DNA of 61,776 bases, the filler included, from Choristocarpus tenellus KU-1152 (lineage: Eukaryota > Protista > Phaeophyceae): NCBI GenBank assembly GCA_964200185.2. It is 10 parts of 10 records of this genome, joined end to end, with 100 filler letters (N's around TTAATTAATTAA, not from the genome) between each part and the next. Parts side by side here need not be neighbours in the genome. Positions count along the whole stretch, not along the records: positions 31,616 to 40,693 come from CAXNAD020004012.1; positions 40,794 to 43,931 come from CAXNAD020022045.1; positions 44,032 to 47,326 come from CAXNAD020020969.1; positions 47,427 to 51,312 come from CAXNAD020017365.1; 6 more parts are not named here. The stretch is one strand, 5' to 3'. The notes under the pieces were generated by a model that was given only the letters and a program-made list of their open reading frames with translations, was not told where the DNA came from and searched no databases. The position numbers and the translations under genes were made by a program. Below, piece by piece: positions 34,275 through 47,559 of this stretch (positions within the stretch are counted from its first letter, which is position 1; every line of letters starts with the position of its first letter).

Positions 34275-37200
34275 ATGAATGAAGAGAACAAAGAGAAACC
34301 AGAAGGGGTCATTGCTTCTGGCCCAATGAAGGCACCACACTACTCGAGGCACAATTCGTCTACACAGCTCAAAGATGTGCTAATCGATCGCTTCTACGCG
34401 AAGGAAGAGTTCAAGCTGGAGTTGCAGGTGAGTCAATGTACGATAGGAATCTGAGAGCTCTCATTTTGGGGTAATATCCCAGCAAAACTATTCTTAATCC
34501 CCCCTCTGTCCTACTCTCTTTCGATCTACAGGTTTCAACAACGGAAGTATCTTTCCTCAGCTAGACTACCACATTTGATCCCCACTTCAATGTCTCTTCT
34601 TGGTCCCTTTTGTTTCTCCTTCCTAACCTCTCCAGTATGGTGAGATATCACGAGACAAGATCGCCCCCCACCATACTTTTGGAATGAGTGTCGATAGAGC
34701 GGACAACTTGAAGTATATCGAAATGGGCAAAGTGTTGTATACAGCAGGTAATACTATTGTTGTCCTGGATTTATCCACCATGACACGGAGAATGGTTTTT
34801 GGAATGGATGGGCGAGGTGTTGGCTGCTTTGCCATTCATCCCAGCCAGAAATTCATTGCCGTCGGGGAGAAGGGAGCCGCACCAAATATCTACATATATG
34901 ACTACCCCAGTTTCAGGATTATGAAGGTCAGTGAATAGAATGTCACCGATATTTTTTGGTAACGCAAAGTTATGGTGGTGACTTTGTCCCTCACAATATG
35001 TGTGATGCTATGCCATGAAGGTGTGAAGGAGTCAGGGCCTCGAACTTCACGTTAATTCCAATAGATCATAATACCTCTAGGGTCACCCTTCTTGCCATTT
35101 GTCCTTCTATTGGTGCTTGAAACACCTTGCAATGTGCAACGTACAAAAATGGCACCCCTCTCCCCGCTCCCTTAACCTTGCACACACTTACCAATGAGCA
35201 AGAACCAGCATGTATCTAACTTTATTCATGGACAATCTTGCATCGGATAAAGGTTCTGCGTAAGGGAACAGAATTAGGGTACAGGGCCCTTGACTTCAAT
35301 GGCAATGGGGAGAAGTTGGCGAGTGTCGGCCAAGCCCCAGACTTCATGCTCACAGTCTGGGACTGGAGAGAGGAGCGTGTTATCTTGCATTGCAAAGCCT
35401 TTGGACAAGATGTGACCAAGGTATGGCAGCTTTGTGGTTTTTCCTATGACATCACAGTCCATGCCTTATAGATCTTTTATATCGTCTTCAGCTTATCGTT
35501 GAAGAGTGCATTTTACAATGCAGGCGAATTCACGAGTCAAAGCATTGTAGAGGGTAGGAGTTTTGCCCTGTTTGTCCATTCAAGGCTTTGCTTCCTGCAG
35601 GTTTTTTATACCCTTTTTGGTTTTCTGTTTGAACACAGTTACCTAAAATGTATATGACTATGAAAGGTGTGTCCGGAGCAAGGGTATTGATACCTGCTAA
35701 CAAACATGATAGCCAGAGTTAATCAAAATCGTAACATTGGATATATGGTCCTGAACAGACGTGGCCCTTACCCTCTAAAATTCTGTGTCTCATATTTGGG
35801 CGATTGCTCTACCTTGACGCAGTACCACATCACATTAAATAACAAAACAACACTATCATAGAAGAGTGAATTTCTTGTCAGGACTGACAGGTAGAGCGTT
35901 GAGTGTATTTAATGCCACACTGAAAGTTTCCTGTTAGTGTTCTTGCCGATCTCTTTGTTAGTCTCCCTTTAGTTTCACAATGTGTGGGAACATGCCCCCT
36001 TGGAAGGCTATCTCTAGGAAAATGTGTGTGCATAACTAGCAACAAACTAGAAACATTGACCCTTGCTTCCCACCCTAGGTTTAAGAGACTTTTGTCCTTT
36101 TTGTACTGAACTGTTGCTATGATGGTGTAGGTACCCCTCTTCATACCTTCACCTATGTTACTACTCTAAAATATGTTCAAACAACACATCTCTCTCCACT
36201 CCAATTGGAAATCTACAACAAGGTGTCATTCTGTCCTGACGATGAAGGGAGGCTTACAACATCTGGCACAGGCCACATCCGCTTCTGGCACATGGCCACA
36301 ACCTTTACTGGACTCAAGCTACAGGGGGAGATTGGAAAATTTGGGAAAGAAGACCTAAGTGATATTGATGCCTTCTGCTTTTTGCCGGACGGAAAGGTTG
36401 TCTCTGGAGCAGAGAACGGTTCACTCCTTCTCTGGGAGGGTCAGTTCATAAAGTGTGTTCTTGCCAGGCCTGGTCTCCTGGGATGCCACGATGGGGCAGT
36501 GATGCATGTTTCGCTGGACCGTACCGACATGCTCTTAGTCACTTCTGGTGCTGATGGCTTTGTGCGTTGGTGGGCCTTTGCTACAGTTGAATCTGCAGAT
36601 GCTGAAGAGGACAGCACCCGTTTTGAACTAGAGCCAGTCCGGGAACTTTTCCTTGGGCAGGGCATTACTGCCCGCTGCCTTGAGCGTGGTGGGAAGCGGG
36701 GAGACCCCACCTCCGATCACTTTCTTGTCACTGACGGTACTGGAGGCCTGTGGCGAGCCCCATTGGTGAACCCACCAGTGCCAGAAGTAATGGAGCCAAA
36801 TGGAGTAATTGCAATTAATCCTGCGCTGCCAATGGGGGAGAATCAAACCACTGATGGCACAGACGAGATCATCAATTACACCACCCTTGCTGACCCCCCG
36901 GCACAGCGTCTGATGTCCTTTCATGCCGGTGCGATTGTTGAGCTAGATACAAGCTTCCTAGAACACCTTGTGGCTACAGCGGGGGCTGACAAGACCGTTC
37001 GTATCTGGGACTACCTGACCAAGAGGCAGCTTGAGGTAGCAAGCTTTCCGCGCCCAGCAACGTGCTTGGAATGGGCTCATGATCGAGTGGACCCTAATGG
37101 CCAGACAGTTGTGGTGGGTTTCTCGGACGGAGTAGTAAGGGTGCTTGTGCGAGATCATAAAGCTGGGGTGCTCCGTCGTGCTCAGACTTTGAAGCCGCAT

Positions 37201-40200
37201 GATGGGGTTGTTGTTGCAATTGCATTCAGTCCCTGTGGCAATGTGCTGCTCACAGCTGGGAGAGACCACAAGCTCTTCTTCATTCGAGCCTTCCTCTCTG
37301 ATGAGGTGAGATCCACTGTTGGGAGATACAGGAGGCTGTACCTTCTCATACCATTTTTCAATAGTGCACCATTCTCTGCACAAATTTAGGATTCAAGCGG
37401 CATTTTTTTAAGCACACTGATGGACCCGTCCTTCTTGCACCTTTCCCTTCTCTCCCCCACTTAACCACGATCAAGACCACTGTTGATCATCCCTGCAGTA
37501 GATATTTTCGCTGCTGCATTGATGGTTTTAGAGCTTGCCTGTACCTATACCAACCTTCAGACCTCCACCAACAGTTGCAGATTATCAATGTTGTGCATAT
37601 GTCAATGATGATATTGGTATCATGTTCAGCCTTGGTCTTGTTGTTTTGCTTTCGATACAGTACTTGGCGCTCATCCTGCATGACCATTAGAATACCCTAA
37701 CCCCAACTTTCATTCCCCGCTTGCCTTCTATTTACAGAGAAAAGAGTACCAGCCATTGGGCTTCCATACTCTTCCCTCCCCACCCACAAGTGTTAGCTGG
37801 AGTATTGATTCGTTGAGGGTGTTAGTGACGTGCAATGGAGGGGGTGTCGGAGAGGTCAATCTATCAGGTGGACATCTCGATTCTGTCGATTCAAGCAAGG
37901 CAAGAGATACCTGTTAATATTATATCTCCTTCCCATTTTCCCAATCTACTCACCACTAGAATGAATGGGTATGCTCAGTTTAAATGATTGGTTTTGCCAA
38001 CCATGTACTTAGTATTGTTATTGGCTAGCACAACTGGAGTTTGGGAGTGCTGGAGGTGCCCAATAGCTATCATGACCTAAGGCTCGTAGCGGAGTCGTCG
38101 CGTCAAAGATATACTGCCTTATTTCATTCTTGATGGGTAGGAGAAATGTTGCAAAAACAGACAATTACACCAATGGAATACCTTACATACTACGTTGAGC
38201 CAATAGGATTCATTGCCATGCATTCTGCCCTTCTCACCTTATTCTTGGCATCACCCATTGTGGTGTTTTCGAAATTAGTGTTAAGTTCACTAGGGAAGCA
38301 CAATACCAATGTTTAGTGGGATGTGGTCTCCACTTCAATACATTTTACGTATATCGAGTTTCAATTCTCCACTAGCAATTCCTTCACCTCCCTCTCAACT
38401 TGCTGTATATAGCAAACACTAAACACTAGCCCCACCCAGGGTTTAGAATACTCCTTCCTACAGTTCTGATACCTGCTGGTAAGGGGAACATTCTTTGTCC
38501 AAGTGGCGTAATGTATCGTAACGGGGCATTTTGTGGCTGTTGCAGACATGTTACTTGTGAAGAAATGGGGATCACTTCGTGCCCTCAAATGGGTCTTGAA
38601 GTACCACGGAAATCCCACCAACCATATATCAAGATTGATCCTCATCTGTCTTTCTCACCTTCTCCTTGTGTAGAGTCATGCCATTAATCCAGAGTGTAAA
38701 GATTAGTGTTACAGCTGGAGTAGAATATATGTAATGATATATTATAGAAATAGCTATTTTATGCTCCTTTCTACTGAAACAATGAAGTCGTAATATATCC
38801 TTCAAGTTGAATCTCAAAAATACCTCTGCCCTCGATTTTTCCCCACCCTTTGAAGCTTGATACCACTTCTATCCCCCGATTCATATTTCCAACTCAGCTA
38901 AAAAACCGTTTTCCATTTCTTGTCGCTTCTTTAAACTACCCACAACTACAGCACTTCCAAGATACGCCCTCATTTTACAGCCCACCTACCCTCTAGCAGT
39001 TCTATTCTTCCTTCTACCTTACAACCCTCTGCCATGTTCAATCCCTTCCATTGCCAGATGTTGTAGCTGCATGCCCCACAATACATTCTCCACATGCCTC
39101 TTTGTTTGTTCTCGTACACAATTTCTTACTGCCTGTGTTGTTTGTGCTCCTTTCCACTGTTTTACTCAAGGTAGTTGTCTTATAATCTGGTCCATCTTCT
39201 CCTCACCATTTGTATACCCTACTAGTCATCCTCTATCTAAATATGACTTGTGTTCCCATTGCTACCCATGTTTCCCTTCCTCCTTGTGCCATGTCCACTC
39301 CTACTTTATGGATAGAGTTTTGAGATTCAAAACCTCCCCATTCGCTGGTACACATTCAAGAAACGCCCCCCATTGGTGGTTCCAGAGAGTGACCCTTTGC
39401 TGAACCTGGGGGGCTCTGCTGGAGAGCATGAGAGCGGGGTGGATGTTGAAGGGGACAATGGGGGGGGGGAGAGAGAAGAGGGCGAGCAGGAGCTAGGGAA
39501 AGGGGAGGCCGAAGAGGAGAGAACAGATGAAGAAGAGGAGGAAGAGGAAGGGGAGGACCTCCCAACACTTGATGCCCTTAAAGGGATATATGTTAGGGGC
39601 AAGAAGGACTGCTTCCTCTTAGCAATGGGAGGTTGGGCGCGAGGTGTCATATTTGAGTGCTCGTGGGAGGTAGGTCAAAACCAGCAGCAGTGGTGGGCTA
39701 CAAGGTACTGGAGTAAGAAGTGAATCAACTCTTATCTTCTTGTTGCTGTTTTGGGAGAGCTTTGGGTCAGACTGTGAGGTGTTTTGTCAGAGGTGATTCT
39801 AACCTTAGACTGAAAAGGGGGATAACGGAGTAATTTGTAAAATATAATAATAATAGCAATAATAATAATATCATATGATCTGTGAAGCTGTCAGAGAGTT
39901 GGGAAGGGCACGTGGCAACCTTGGATGTATTATGCCAGAGACTACAGCATTCCTTCCAGTGTTTAGAGATCACAGAGCATTTCGCAGCGCAGGCCACAAA
40001 CTACATTTATTTCATCCACTCCTTGCAGTTTGTTAGCCAAACAATATCTTAACCTTGCACCTCATCGTGAAGATGCCTTGCTTGATCTTGTCCAGCTGCA
40101 TTGGAAGAATTAGCTACTCCTCCCACAAATACCAACGCATCCTATTCAATACCATTTGTTATTTCTTCTGCACTGAGGAAACCAGGAGGAATACCCCCTG

Positions 40201-40524
40201 CGAGAAATACCTGCTGGGTACGGCCCACGGGCCACAGCGGCAAGCCCTCAACTCCCTACAATCACAAGCCTCCGGTACAACAACATTCACAGTACTGTGA
40301 AAAATTCTGGCCCTGGCCCAGTAGAATTGCTGATATCTGGCTGCAATGATGGGGCTATTACTTTGCGACCATCCAGGGTTATGGGGGCCTACGCAAGGGT
40401 ACAGGCCCATGATGGAGATGCACCTGTCCTCTCTGCAGCATGTTCCTACAATGGGGAGTGGGTAGTGAGCGGAGATGCAGATGGAATCCTAGTAACACAA
40501 CGGGTTTGCCAAGAGCTTTTGGAG
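34275..40524 (+). CDS. CFAP44: Cilia- and flagella-associated protein 44 (WDR52), 5' part, 7 exons; contig ends
   Basis: Exons 34275-34427, 34636-34926, 35253-35420, 36223-37305, 37738-37899, 39316-39669, 40186-40524. Diagnostic stretches AVGEKG..PNIYIY.YPS, LASVGQAPDFMLTVWDW, KAFGQDV, LTTSGTGHIRFW.MA.TFTGLKLQGEIGKFG, SGAENGSLLLWEG.FIK, plus WD40 repeats. Confidence 0.93.
35534..35791. mobile_element. Diverged family-A MITE in CFAP44 intron 3
   Basis: Starts GAGTCAAAGCATTGTAGAGGGTA, ends TACCCTCTAAAATTCTGTGTCTC; internal similarity to 57867-58125 (CTAACAAACATGATAGCCA). Confidence 0.7.
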
Positions 40525-40543
40525 GTAGGAATGTGGGTGGGGT

Positions 40544-40693
40544 GAGCCAAAGTATCTTAGAGGGTATAGCCACGTCCATTTGGGGTTCAACATCCAATGT
40601 TGCGATTTTGATGTAACTCTGGCTATCATGTTTGCTAGGAAGTGTCAATATGGCTCAAAGTATCTGGAAGGGGGTGGCGGCTGTCCATTTGGG
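40544..40693. mobile_element. Family-A MITE (GAGCCAAAGTATCTTAGAGGGTA...) interrupted at 40652 by a family-B MITE end (GGCTCAAAGTATCTGGAAGGGG...)
   Basis: Matches 50105-50210, then switches to the TIR seen at 59635-59815; contig ends inside it. Confidence 0.75.
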
Positions 40694-40851
40694 NNNNNNN
40701 NNNNNNNNNNNNNNNNNNNNNNNNNNNNNNNNNNNNNTTAATTAATTAANNNNNNNNNNNNNNNNNNNNNNNNNNNNNNNNNNNNNNNNNNNNCATGAAA
40801 AAATTGACCCCAATTGGACAGCTGCTACCCCCTCCCAGATACTTTGAGCCA

Positions 40852-43027
40852 ACTTGTTGTGGGTCGTGTATCACCTGTGGGTCAAATTGACACTCTTTCA
40901 GAAGCACAGACCAGTACCATAGTGACTAGTCCGATCACTTCAGAGGAATATGAAACGGCTCGCGATGTGTGAAAGAAGTTTTCAGTAATAATGCCCCAGT
41001 AAAAACGATTTGGTTTGATAACGAAAACTCTGCAGTGCACAGAGGAACCCCCGTCTTCAGGAATCCGCAATGTCCTTGGGGAGCCTCCACTGTGATATTT
41101 TGCTTCACTTTTTCGACTGCATTTTGGAAAGCTAACCCTATCTCTAACCTTAACCCGAACTGTAACCCTAACTTGTGTGTGAAAAATTTCCCTAACCATC
41201 CAAGGAAAAATTCTAGAGAAGTGGCGGAGGAGTATAGAGTACACTAAGGAACCATAACCTCTCGAGGATCCACCGCTTTTAGATCATCTAATCCTAACCC
41301 TAACCTGCGTGTAAAAAAAACAACTGATCTTTGCTTGAAATTTAAAAAATGTGTAACACTGTGGGTTCCCCAAAAACAATGACAGTTCCCGAAGAGAAGG
41401 GGGTTCCCCTCCCCCTGTGCACTTGAACACCTTGACCTTGATGCAAAAACATCCTGTATTTTCACTCAATTCTTAGAAACTAGACTGTTGCAACAATGTT
41501 ATGCCAGTCTTGGCTTTCCACTCAATTCAGGCAGAGTTCTTGTAAATCATCCACCGTATCGAGCCGCACCAAAGAGTACCCAAAACAAATTGTAATTTTG
41601 CGCGGGACATGAAAAATCAGGGGAATAGTTCAACCCTCTCAAGTCCTTAGGTAACTCCAGTAACCATAGTTACAAAACCTGACAGGTTTCCTAGAAAGTA
41701 TGGACTTAACTCTTTTTAATTAAGAGTTTGGTATGCAATTCCTGGCCATGACCGTCATTGGAATATTGTTTGGGTACCTTGGATTACAAAGTACTTATCA
41801 TCTTGATATTCAGTCAACCTACTGGCAACTACCAATCACTGATGCCTGCAAATATCGAAAAACTGCTTTTGTCACACCAGATGGGAAGTACGATTTAAAC
41901 ACATACCGTTTGGCATAGCTGGCGGTCCATGGATATATCAACACTTCATATCGAAAATGTTTCGACTCTGGGACCGAGGATGGACTTACTGATTTATCTT
42001 GATGGCATTGTCCTAGCTTCCCCAGTGTGGAACCATCATATCCAAGTTTTTGAGAGCGCAAAGTCGTTACTACTGCAAGTAGGAATAACCCTTAACCTTT
42101 TAAAGCCTATTATGACTCAAAATATGTTTTTTGGGGGGGAATGAAATACTCCCCTGTGGTATTGTTATGTCACAAGATTGAATCCAGGCCATTACTACTC
42201 TGAAGCCCCCTAACGCCAAGAAAGGATTGCAATCCTTTCTGGGTTCCATTAATTCCGTCCTGAAATTCATTCCCTGTTTGACCATACTAACAGAACCCCT
42301 GGTGTCACTTACATTGAAAAGTGCAAAAAACCTTAAGGAGACAAAAGTCCATCTCTCAGCTATGTGGACGACCACAGCAGACTTCTTTTGATGAGTGTAA
42401 ATGTCTACTTAAAAACTATGACGCCAGTATTAAGCTTCCCAGACTTTACTAAGGAAGTTTAAGACACGTGGACACTAGTGATATTGGCATGGGGATCTTT
42501 TTGACACACAAAAATGAGATCGTTTCCGAATTTTGGACTACCATAGTGCTCTTTTAAAGTCACCTCAAAGACAATATTCAGCAACTTAGAAATATTATCT
42601 AGCAATCACTCTTGCCATAATGCATTGGTGCCCATATTTTTGGGGTAAGTACTCCATAGTTGTTAGTGATCATTCAGCAGTACATTGTTACACACAGTAC
42701 AATATGCCTCCAAATGTGTTGACCTGATGGGCTTCAACCTTCCACTCTTTTCGACTTCACAAATGCACAAAACCAGGATGTTTATACTACATCCCCAACA
42801 TGTTATCTCGGACACGATTGGACGAATTTTTGTTGGATAAAACACCACTTCCACTAGCCCTGCCGTGCTGCAATGTAGGCCAATCAATCAGAGTCAGATG
42901 TCTCCACACCTAAGGCTTACCCTGCGTATGATCTATCAATGGATAAACTCGGTGAAATTACTGGAGTACAGAACGATACGGAACTATTTACTGCTGCCGT
43001 TAATGTTTTCTCTATAGTGGACCCTGA
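40852..43027 (+). mobile_element. Second, more decayed copy of the same Ty3/Gypsy pol (RT-RH region)
   Basis: Collinear with ~8320-10110 (e.g. GAAGCACAGACCAGTACCATAG; RKTAFVTPDGKY; LIYLDGIVLASP.WNHHIQ; ACCACTTCCACTAGC; TATGATCTATCA); many indels and stops. Confidence 0.92.
41033..41424. mobile_element. ~390-bp TIR element inserted in Gypsy copy 2, containing CCCTAA telomere-like units
   Basis: Absent from Gypsy copy 1. Ends AGTGCACAG..GGAACCCCC..TCTTC.GGAA and its reverse complement; internal CTAACCCT/CCTAACC repeats. Confidence 0.7.
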
Positions 43028-44140
43028 AAATTTCCGCATATCTAATCATGCTGGCTTTGATTTATAGGTTTTTCACCAACTAGTTGTGTCTGGCAGAAAA
43101 ACAGAAGAAATTTCTCAGTATGCAGAGATGAATTGCATCGTGCAGATCACGAATCAATCTGGATGCTCCCTGTGGAAAAGTGTACTGCTGGCACAGAAGT
43201 CTTCAATATATCCCTGCGACCAAGGTGCATCGACACCAAAGTCTTCACAATCTTCTCCACCATCCTTTGCCACATGAGCCGAAGATATATCATAATCAAT
43301 ACCAACATACATCGTTGTTGAGAATATTCATCATGCTTTTGAATCAAACTCTCAAGGTGATGTCCCTGTGGTTTTATCTAATACTCACAACGTGGGTTGC
43401 CGACCTGATATACGATCAGATTCCTCTTGAGATATCTGTTGTGACCTAGCGCAACCCATAACCTAGATAGGGGACATTTGTTACCCACTCACCAATTACA
43501 TTACCTAACGCATTGAGAATTTATCACCACCACGATGACTCCCGAGCATCTTTACGCTGTCAAAACTTGGGGATACTATCTTCATGACTCCTGAGTGTTT
43601 AAAGGTACAATAGTAAGTTTTACGATGATGTACAACTTTGGGGTTGAGGACAACTTTCCAAGGGACTCCCTCGAATTGGTCACATGAACGTTCGTGGGAT
43701 ACCCAAATGCTTAGTTTTCTTTTCGTCCCTAGCCTTCCACCACAGACAGATTTTGGATTCTAGCCTTGTAGAATACATCCTTTGAGGAACTCCGTCAAGT
43801 TGGTCACATGCATATTCTTGGGATACTCAGATGATTCGGGTGGGGGGTTCTCTCACGGGACTGTCTGCTATGATGTGCTGGCCAGTCGTTTCTTTTCTTT
43901 TTCGTGTACACAGGGAGCTGAAACTGGGGGGNNNNNNNNNNNNNNNNNNNNNNNNNNNNNNNNNNNNNNNNNNNNTTAATTAATTAANNNNNNNNNNNNN
44001 NNNNNNNNNNNNNNNNNNNNNNNNNNNNNNNGCTTGACCCAAAATTGACTGGGAGAAAGTGTCGATATGTTTTTTTTAATAAATATTATATAATAATTAA
44101 TAGAAAAGCTCCATCCTCAATTTTTGAAATCTGCTGTTTT

Positions 44141-44300
44141 CCGTGGAAAAGGGCCTACTACTGGATCTGACCTTCGCAGAGGTCCAAGCGGACTGCTACC
44201 TCCAAACAATCGTCCTTGAACAACAGCGTAGGTCCTGTTGCAGCTGAGACTAGGAACCCAATTCACTGATAACGATGTGTTGACCCTGCCCGAGTTTTAA
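44141..44300 (+). mobile_element. Short fragment of the CRE-like LINE endonuclease region
   Basis: Encodes RGKGLLLDLTFAEVQA, nearly identical to DKGLLLDVTFVEVQAT at 61729-61776. Confidence 0.7.
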
Positions 44301-47300
44301 CTATCTTCAGAAGATAATGTTCAGACACCCCGCATCATGAACGAGTCAAAATAATTCAAACATGCATCGAGTTGTATTTCAAGGATGCCAACAAATATTT
44401 TCAAAATTCGACTTCTTTCACCAATAATGGGTATTCGATCATTTCCAGGGTTTTCACTGGAAGGAGCAGTTACATGTCCACTGTTGTCGATATTATGGAT
44501 GTGGGCCCGCCCATGACACAGTCATCATGTTGAAAAGGTCGATGGTCGTGGACTCGGTCGTTTCCGAACTTGGTTGTAGATGGTGCAGGGTGACCCTGTC
44601 ATCTTGAGTAATGACAGCCATGGATTTACATCCCCCCTATTTCTTGTACACTCCAACTAGACATATCATGACCATTCCTCCCTATTTTCCATTCAATATA
44701 TTTGTATTTTGTACCCTACACAACAACCAGTCAGTGTAAGTACCAAAAATTGTATGTACGTTGGTTTTCATTATTATTTTCTATTTGACTATTTTAGAGA
44801 TTGTTGGAAATTCAAACTTGAATTCAAATACATCGAGGTTGTGTGTTTGGTATTTCGTTCCCAACTGATTTGTGAATTCAAGATGTATTTTGATACTCGT
44901 CAATCAGATAATGTGTAAATTGGTGAACATACATATATTATTTAAATCCACTGGTGTATGTCTCCTACCTTACTTACTGTAGATACGTATATCTTCATCA
45001 TTATCTCTATGTATGCAACTGGAGTAAAACTAAACATTCAACATATACACATTTTCATCCTATTATACGTAATAATGGGCATGGTGTAGGCATTCCCCCA
45101 AAAAGTAAAAAGTGAACACGCCACCAAAAACTGCGTACCTCTCGTTTACTTTGACTCAACAAAATAGTCGGGGATGAAGACCACACAACAACTTCGGGAA
45201 TGCAGCGTACCTTCACACGATCAAATAAACTAACCACAACTGCACCTAATTTCCCGAACATCAACCCTGTAACCTACATATTTGCATCACAACGCAAATA
45301 TTACATGAAGGTTTCATACGTTCCTGCCCTTCGTAGAACTTAACATATTTTGTGATTCAAAAATTCAAAACCACAGCACCGATCCTTCAACTTCCACATT
45401 CAACCCCTCTACCTTACTCCGTTCACTGTGTTTTTTTGTGTTATAGGAATTTATAGTCCCTTCAGAGATAATGTACCCCCTTCGATGTGGGCCAACTTAT
45501 CTAGTTCTGTATTTGATTTCAAACATCAGCAAAATGTTTGTCCTCTATAGAGTTTACTATACAAATGGGGGGACAAGAAATGAGGGTGGGCAGTCTCACA
45601 CCACCAACACACCATGCACTTATACTGTTGTGTAAAATGTCAATGAGGTAATGGATATGTTTGGAAGTCCTTAGTTCTGAAGAGGGAAATTTGTAGAGTG
45701 GTGAATCTCTCCTAACACTCAATCATCTTGTCGATTCAGAGAAGAATCGAGAACATAATAATTGGAAAATTCAATTATTAGTCCATTAAATCATCGCCCT
45801 TATGCGCTCGTGAACATCCTTACAACTATCTAATTATCTCATACCCATTTTGCGACCATCGGCGACTCATGTGTCTAGCCTCGCATGCTGATCGCCCACT
45901 TCTATTCAATTCTGTAAAAGAAATTTGGCGAATAGTTTCGAGATCACTCATTAGTTCCTTCAATTAATTCCCCATCACCACTGACCACTATGAATTGGGG
46001 ATGATAAGCAAGCAAGAACTTGAAGTTGCATCACAATGTTGCTTGCATGATGCGCAACCTGTAAGGAATAATGGGAATTGTGTAACTTCGAACGAGTGAA
46101 TTCAGCCAGTCTCGTGCCAACCAATGGTGCGTCGGACATATGTACATGCATATTACTCCGAGAATTCACTCAATTGCTAGGTAGAGCAATCCAGCAAACG
46201 ATTGTTGCAGCGGGTGGCAGAGAGAGGTAAAGAGCTTGCTGAATTTCTGGCGAGTGATGTGAACAAGGGGTTGCTATTGGTATTCTGAGGGATGTGCGAT
46301 AGGTAGAGAAAATTTAGGCTGGGTTGTGGTGTGAACTGAAGTTTGTGTGGTTTCTTAGCAACAACTAGTAAGTTGTAAAGGGAAAGTGGGAATAAGGGAG
46401 TCAGGCGTGAATCGTGGGTGCAACCCCAGTCACTTCCTTATCAGACGCAATACAGCATGATGGAGCATTAACATCGGCCTGCCTTGTTGTAAGGTATGGA
46501 CTTAGTCATACATAGCAACAAGCGAAAGTAAGGTTTCCGCAAGATAAGGAAAATGTTAATAGAGGGAGATATAAATCTCTACCCACCTAATGTAACGTGT
46601 AAAAACCAACTACTTCGGTGTAACAATAGTGTTTTCTGGACAAAAAAATGTTGCTATTAGTATTTTAACATTTATTTGAAAAAAACAGGAGAAATGAAAA
46701 TACGAGAATCGAAGGGGTAGAAACTGTGTATTTGATCGCCGTACAGATCTCGTCATACATAAAAGTAATTTCTCGGTCCCGTAAGTCTATATACATTTAT
46801 TATGCCTTCTGACATTTTGCAGATGTGTCAGGGGGGAAACCAATGAAAACTACACACATGCCGTTATTAGCCCTAAAGAAATAAAATATCCTAAACGTGA
46901 GAACACTATAAAACACTGTAAGTGTGGAAACCACTAATCAGTTACTTCACCACTATCAAATATTGTACTTCTGTCTTCCTGTGCTTCCCATCTACCTACT
47001 CCTGTGCCCCGGGGGGGAAGCTAGGGAGGCATCCCAAGAATCCAGCAGACCTCTCCATGCCCATCAAGTCTATATCGTTATGGTTTTTTGTGATAACATT
47101 TTCAAATGTGAGATTCAAAAATAACAAATAATATCGTTCGAAAGCCAACAACATCGGCTTGAGCATAGATATCTTCAAAATATTTTTTCACATCGAAATG
47201 GTTGAGACACCAACCTCTCAACACAGACGTAATCGGAAATGGAAAATTCACCAAAAACAACACACAACTAACAGCCGATCACCAAAATTGAGGATGGAGC

Positions 47301-47559
47301 ATACTATGGAAGATGGGTTTGACCCANNNNNNNNNNNNNNNNNNNNNNNNNNNNNNNNNNNNNNNNNNNNTTAATTAATTAANNNNNNNNNNNNNNNNNN
47401 NNNNNNNNNNNNNNNNNNNNNNNNNNACCCCCCCCCAAGATACTTTGACCCAGTAGAGTCGTGTAATGGCTCTGACCATGGGGCAGGAAAGTCCCTACAC
47501 TAAAGTGAAGATGAAAATGAAGAATTATTTCAAGCAATTCACAACTGTATTCCCATACA

